DNA of 64,000 bases from Nanobdellota archaeon (GTDB lineage: Archaea > Nanobdellota > Nanobdellia > Pacearchaeales > GW2011-AR1), in NCBI GenBank assembly GCA_030648285.1, contig JAUSIC010000011.1, positions 1,513-65,512 on the forward strand, in the 5' to 3' direction. The position numbers and the translations under genes were made by a program. The notes under the pieces were generated by a model. The model saw only the letters and a list, made by a program, of their open reading frames with translations, had not been told where the DNA came from and made no database searches. How positions within the stretch are numbered: the first letter of the stretch is position 1; every line of letters starts with the position of its first letter. Of this stretch, positions 59,649 to 64,000 are shown piece by piece.

Positions 59649-60602
59649 ATGGGTACAATAAGAAGACCAAGAAAAGGAAGTTTGCAGTATTGGCCGAGAA
59701 AACGAGCCACTAGGTTTTTGCCTAGTGTTAACTGGAATTTTATTAAGTCTGGAAATAATCTCAAAGGTTTCATATGTTACAAAGCAGGAATGGCTTCTGC
59801 TTACGTAAAAGACAACACTCCTAATTCTATGACAAAAGGAAAGAACATTGCTATTCCTGTCACAATTCTTGAATGCCCAACAATGAAAATTTTATCAATA
59901 AGATTCTACAAAGATGGGCAAGTTAGAAAAGAAATTCTTGCTGAAAATCTTGAAAAAGAATTAAGCAGAATAATCAAGATGCCAAAGAAAAAAATGGGCA
60001 AGATTGAAGATATCAAACAAGAAGATTATGATGATGTTAGAGTCATATTTTATTCACAAGTTAAAAAGACAAACATAAAGAAAACACCTGATATTGTTGA
60101 AATAGGACTTGCTGGAGAATTAACTGCAAAGATAAATTTCATAAAAGAAAATCTCAACAAGGAAATTTCTGTTCTTGATATTTTCAAGACAGGACAATTA
60201 GTTGACTTGAGAGGGTTGACAAGAGGAAAAGGACTTCAAGGACCAATGAAAAGATTTGGTATTGGAATGAAATCACACAAATCTGAAAAAGGTAGAAGAA
60301 ATCCAGGAAGCTTAGGACCATGGCATCCTGCAAGAGTAACTTTCAGAACACCACAAGCAGGACAATTAGGTATGTTCACAAGAGTTATTTACAATAACAA
60401 AATAATTGATTTGGGAAAATCTTCTGATAATGGGAAAAAATTTACTACTAATCTAAAAAATTTCGGTGATATAAAAACAGATTATGCTTTGGTTTTTGGA
60501 AGTGTTCAAGGAACAGTTAAGAGACAATTGCTTATGACTCTTCCATTGAGAGAAACAAAAAGTCAAGTAAAGAAAAGTTATGACTTGGTGGAGATAAGAT
60601 GA
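59649..60602 (+). CDS. rpl3: 50S ribosomal protein uL3
   Basis: 'PRKGSLQYWPRKRA', 'YKAGM', 'GSLGPWHP'. Confidence 0.96.
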   Translation: MGTIRRPRKGSLQYWPRKRATRFLPSVNWNFIKSGNNLKGFICYKAGMASAYVKDNTPNSMTKGKNIAIPVTILECPTMKILSIRFYKDGQVRKEILAENLEKELSRIIKMPKKKMGKIEDIKQEDYDDVRVIFYSQVKKTNIKKTPDIVEIGLAGELTAKINFIKENLNKEISVLDIFKTGQLVDLRGLTRGKGLQGPMKRFGIGMKSHKSEKGRRNPGSLGPWHPARVTFRTPQAGQLGMFTRVIYNNKIIDLGKSSDNGKKFTTNLKNFGDIKTDYALVFGSVQGTVKRQLLMTLPLRETKSQVKKSYDLVEIR

Positions 60603-61405
60603 AAACAAAAATATTCGACATAAACGGGAAAGAAAAAGGAAGCATTGAATTGCCTAGTTTTTTCTCTGAAAAAATAAGAGAAGATATTCTATCAAAAGTT
60701 CTTGAAACAAGAAAAACAAAACAACCTTATGCTCCTTCATTAGTTGGAGGAAAGCAACATTCTGCTTCTGGTATTGCTAAACACACAAGAAGTGTTTGGA
60801 AAACACAATATGGAAAAGGAATGGCAAGAGTTTCCAGAAAAATAATGTCAAGAAGAGGAACTCAGTTCAATTGGGTTGGTGCAGAAACAGCACAGACAAG
60901 AGGAGGAAGAAGAGCACATCCTCCAAAAGTTATCTCAATGATAAATTCCAAAAAAATAAACAAGAGAGAACTTGAAATTGCATTAATATCTGCTTTAAGC
61001 GCTACTGCAAATGAAAAGAAAGTTTTGGGGAAATATTCAACATTAGAAGGAAAGAAAATAGAAAATCTTCCTATTGTTGTTGAAGATAAACTTCTTAAGC
61101 TAAAGACAAAAGAATTGCTATCTAGTTTAAAGAAAGTTCTTGGTGAATTATATGAAGTTGCGATAAGGAAAAAGAAAATAAGAAGCGGAAGAGGAAAATC
61201 AAGAGGAAGAAAATATAAATCAAACGCAGGAGTTCTTTTAGTAACCGGAAATAAGGAGAAATTCAGCACAAACGCATTTGAAGTAAAGAGTGCAGGAAGC
61301 GTCAGTGTTATGGATTTGGCAAAAGGCGGAGCAGGAAGATTGACAGTTTATACTGAACAGGCAATAGGTGATTTAAATGAAAGACTTGGAGGAAAAAACA
61401 AATGA
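60599..61405 (+). CDS. rpl4: 50S ribosomal protein uL4
   Basis: 'GGRRAHPPK', 'KKINKRE', 'GRLTVYT'. Confidence 0.95.
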   Translation: MKTKIFDINGKEKGSIELPSFFSEKIREDILSKVLETRKTKQPYAPSLVGGKQHSASGIAKHTRSVWKTQYGKGMARVSRKIMSRRGTQFNWVGAETAQTRGGRRAHPPKVISMINSKKINKRELEIALISALSATANEKKVLGKYSTLEGKKIENLPIVVEDKLLKLKTKELLSSLKKVLGELYEVAIRKKKIRSGRGKSRGRKYKSNAGVLLVTGNKEKFSTNAFEVKSAGSVSVMDLAKGGAGRLTVYTEQAIGDLNERLGGKNK

Positions 61406-61638
61406 AACCAATAGTAACAGAAAAAGCAGTTATGGCAATTGAAAAAGAAAATGTTTTAACATTTGAACTTCCAATGAAAAAGACAAAACCTGAAATTAAA
61501 AAAGAAATTGAAGAACTTTTCGATGTTAAAATAGAAAAAATCAGAACAATAATCCAATCAAATAAAAAATATGCGATGGTAAAATTAAAGAAAGATTTCC
61601 CTGCTATTGACATAGCAACGAAATTAGGAATGATGTAA
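61402..61638 (+). CDS. rpl23: 50S ribosomal protein uL23
   Basis: 'PIVTEKA..ENVLTF..KPEIKKEIEELFDVK'. Confidence 0.95.
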   Translation: MKPIVTEKAVMAIEKENVLTFELPMKKTKPEIKKEIEELFDVKIEKIRTIIQSNKKYAMVKLKKDFPAIDIATKLGMM

Positions 61639-61639
61639 T

Positions 61640-62341
61640 ATGGGTAAAAGAATAATCACACAAGCGCGTGGGCATGGAAGCATGAGTTATCGTGTTAGAA
61701 GAAAAGCATACAGATTCAGATTAAAATATCCAAGAAAACTTGAAGGAGAAGGAACTGTTGTGAAATTGCAAAGTTCAACAGGACATACTGCTCCTTTGGC
61801 AAAAGTGAGATACAATGAGGGATTTTTTTACATGCCTGCATTCAGAGGAATGATTGAAGGACAGAAAATAAATTTCAATGGAACAGAAATTAAAGAAGGA
61901 ACCATAATGAAATTAAAAGACATCCCTGTAAAAACACAAATTTATAATATAGAATCAAGATTAGGAGACGGAGGAGTTTTCATAAAAACAGGTGGAAGTT
62001 CTGCAATAGTAAACAGAATCGTAAAAGAAGGAGTTTTTGTATTAATGCCTTCTAAAAAAGAAAAACTATTCACAGGAGAAAGCAGAGCAACAATAGGAGT
62101 AATCGCAGGAGCAGGAAGATTAGACAAGCCATTAGTCAAGGCAGGAAAAAACTTTTATATTAAAAAATTAAGAAATAAACTTTGGCCAAGGACTTCAGCA
62201 GTCAAGATGAATGCAATCGACCACCCATTCGGTTCTGGTAGAGGAAAGCATCCGAAGAGCAAGATTGCAAAGAGAAACGCTCCTCACGGAAGAAGAGTAG
62301 GATTGCTAAGACCAAGAAGAACTGGTAGGAAGAAAAGATAA
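61640..62341 (+). CDS. rpl2: 50S ribosomal protein uL2
   Basis: 'MGKRII.QARG', 'MNAIDHPFG', 'RRTG'. Confidence 0.96.
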   Translation: MGKRIITQARGHGSMSYRVRRKAYRFRLKYPRKLEGEGTVVKLQSSTGHTAPLAKVRYNEGFFYMPAFRGMIEGQKINFNGTEIKEGTIMKLKDIPVKTQIYNIESRLGDGGVFIKTGGSSAIVNRIVKEGVFVLMPSKKEKLFTGESRATIGVIAGAGRLDKPLVKAGKNFYIKKLRNKLWPRTSAVKMNAIDHPFGSGRGKHPKSKIAKRNAPHGRRVGLLRPRRTGRKKR

Positions 62342-62343
62342 AA

Positions 62344-62592
62344 ATGAAAACAATAACACAACCAAAAATTCAAGAATTAGAATCTAAAGAAGATTTAGAA
62401 TTACTTGTAAGTGGAGATTTAGTTAATGTTGATTTTGAAGAATATAAGGGTTATCTAACTTATTATGGTAGATCTAATAGGTTTTTGATGTTTAAGGGAA
62501 AATTATACCAAGATAGAACAGAAAGTATTGTTTATTATAATATTGAATTATTAGATGTTCAAGATAATAAAGTTATTAAGAGATCTCAATAA
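62344..62592 (+). CDS. orphan ORF between rpl2 and rps19
   Basis: 82-aa ORF filling the junction. Confidence 0.6.
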   Translation: MKTITQPKIQELESKEDLELLVSGDLVNVDFEEYKGYLTYYGRSNRFLMFKGKLYQDRTESIVYYNIELLDVQDNKVIKRSQ

Positions 62593-62594
62593 AA

Positions 62595-62999
62595 ATGGAA
62601 AAAATAGAATCAACAAAAAAAATATTCAAGTACAGAGGAAAAACACTCGAAGAGCTCAAAGAACTTGATGTGAGAGAGTTTTCAAAACTTTTGAAATCAA
62701 GAACAAGAAGAATGGTATTGAGACAATTCAATGAAATAAATGAATTCGTCAACAGGTCAAAAGTAAAAATTGAAAGAAAAAAGACAATAAAGACACACGA
62801 CAGAAATCTTGTTGTTGTTCCTCAAATGGTTGGAATGAGAATACACATTTACAATGGACATGCTTTTATTCCTGTAGATGTTATTGGAGAAATGCTTGGA
62901 CACAGGTTCGGAGAATTTTCAATGACAAGAGGAAAAGTTAAACATGGAACAGCTGGAATTGGTTCTACAAAAGGAAGCAAGTCCCAGTCTAAGAAATAA
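62595..62999 (+). CDS. rps19: 30S ribosomal protein uS19
   Basis: 'YRGKTLEEL', 'KTHDR', 'MLGHRFGEF'. Confidence 0.96.
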   Translation: MEKIESTKKIFKYRGKTLEELKELDVREFSKLLKSRTRRMVLRQFNEINEFVNRSKVKIERKKTIKTHDRNLVVVPQMVGMRIHIYNGHAFIPVDVIGEMLGHRFGEFSMTRGKVKHGTAGIGSTKGSKSQSKK

Positions 63000-63000
63000 A

Positions 63001-63228
63001 ATGACAAATCAATTAATGCCTTTGGAAATAATAATAAGACTAGAAAGAACAATTGATGGAATAAGTAAATCAAAAGATAATGTGAAAACGTCTCTTTATA
63101 TTGTAGCAAGTAACTCCCTTTTAAACGCAGCAAGGGATGCTGGATTTTCACCAAAATTGATACAAAATTATCTTAGCAGGATTGTTCATTCAGTAAGAAC
63201 TTCATACCTGGAGCATATATCATTATAA
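63001..63228 (+). CDS. orphan ORF between rps19 and rpl22
   Basis: 75-aa ORF from ATG 63001. Confidence 0.55.
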   Translation: MTNQLMPLEIIIRLERTIDGISKSKDNVKTSLYIVASNSLLNAARDAGFSPKLIQNYLSRIVHSVRTSYLEHISL

Positions 63229-63229
63229 A

Positions 63230-63799
63230 ATGGCAGAAGAAAATAAAGAAACAAAATTGGAAGAGAAAACTGAAGAGACTAAAACAACAGAAAAAGAAGA
63301 AAAAGTTGAAGAGAAAAAAACAGAAACAGCTGAAAAAACAAAAGAAAAGAAAAAAGAAGAAGTCAAGAAAGTTGTGAAAGTCAAGAAAACAGAAGCTGTT
63401 GTAAATGCTAAAAGTCTTCCGATATCAACATTAGATGCAATGTACATTTCAAAATTCATAAAGAAGAAAACAATTGAAAAAGCAATTGAAAATTTGGAAA
63501 TGGTTTTGAAGTTCAAGAAAGCTATTCCAATGAGAGGAGAAATTCCCCATAGAAAAGGAAAAAGAATGATGTCTGGAAGATATCCATTGAAAGCAGTTGA
63601 ATCTTTCATAATATTATTGAAAAGTCTTCAGTCAAATGCAAACGCAAATGGAATGGATGAACCAATAGTTGTTGAGGCAATTGCAAACAAGGCTTACCAG
63701 CCTTTCGGAAGATTTGGAGCAATAAGAAGAAAAAGAACTCATATTACAATTAAAGTAATGGAGAAGAAGTTAATCTCTAAGAAGAAAACAAAAAAGTAA
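63230..63799 (+). CDS. rpl22: 50S ribosomal protein uL22 with Glu/Lys-rich N-terminal extension
   Basis: 'LPIST', 'GRYPLKA', 'KRTHITI'. Confidence 0.93.
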   Translation: MAEENKETKLEEKTEETKTTEKEEKVEEKKTETAEKTKEKKKEEVKKVVKVKKTEAVVNAKSLPISTLDAMYISKFIKKKTIEKAIENLEMVLKFKKAIPMRGEIPHRKGKRMMSGRYPLKAVESFIILLKSLQSNANANGMDEPIVVEAIANKAYQPFGRFGAIRRKRTHITIKVMEKKLISKKKTKK

Positions 63800-63800
63800 A

Positions 63801-63851
63801 ATGACAGAACTAACGTTCAGCACAAATAAAAATTCAGGAGAATTTTCATAA
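63801..63851 (+). repeat. ATG-TAA leader repeat copy F (uORF MTELTFSTNKNSGEFS) between rpl22 and rps3
   Basis: ATGACAGAACTAACGTTCAGCACAAATAAAAATTCAGGAGAATTTTCATAATG. Confidence 0.85.
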
Positions 63852-64000
63852 TGGAAGAGAATAATGTAGTAGCATTCAAGAAGAAAGAATATTCTGTAAA
63901 AGAATATATCAAGACATTACTTGAAAAAGGAAAAGTCAGCAAGGTAAGAATTGAATACACTCCTATAGGAGAAAAAATAATCATTGCAACTCACAAGCCA
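63851..64000 (+). CDS. rps3: 30S ribosomal protein uS3 (5' part, runs off window)
   Basis: MEENNVVAFKKKEYSVKEYI..VRIEYTPIGEKIIIATHKP KH domain, expected operon position. Confidence 0.9.
   Translation, partial: MEENNVVAFKKKEYSVKEYIKTLLEKGKVSKVRIEYTPIGEKIIIATHKP

Overview
AT-rich archaeal chromosome segment, most likely a DPANN archaeon of the Pacearchaeota/Woesearchaeota type. The evidence is archaeal ribosomal proteins, Rpo12, Spt5, aIF5A, Tyw1, AMP phosphorylase, an archaeosortase-like gene, S-layer genes and an unlinked 23S rRNA. The window holds a solitary 23S rRNA gene with an ORF-less group I intron (L1931) and a strongly divergent peptidyl-transferase centre. An ~11 kb defence island follows (Fic, two HEPN-motif proteins, Cas4-like nuclease, PIN, frameshifted RadC, type I R-M with fused M-S, NucS/Mrr-like nuclease). 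RNA genes are RNase P RNA and three tRNAs, of which Ser carries an intron. There is also a cell-surface cluster, core translation and division genes, and a compact diversity-generating retroelement (target VR, TR, RT, no visible avd). The least explained signals are non-coding: (1) a ~55-nt ATG-to-TAA(TG) leader repeat in front of six unrelated genes including rpl1 and rps3; (2) a modular 90-150 bp intergenic repeat family (about 14 copies); (3) a ~45-nt insert nested in one of these repeats and in a duplicated tRNA 3' end; (4) matched 39-bp dyad sites bracketing the Fic gene; (5) small orphan ORFs wedged into ribosomal-protein operons. All alignments were done by eye and no database searches were run.
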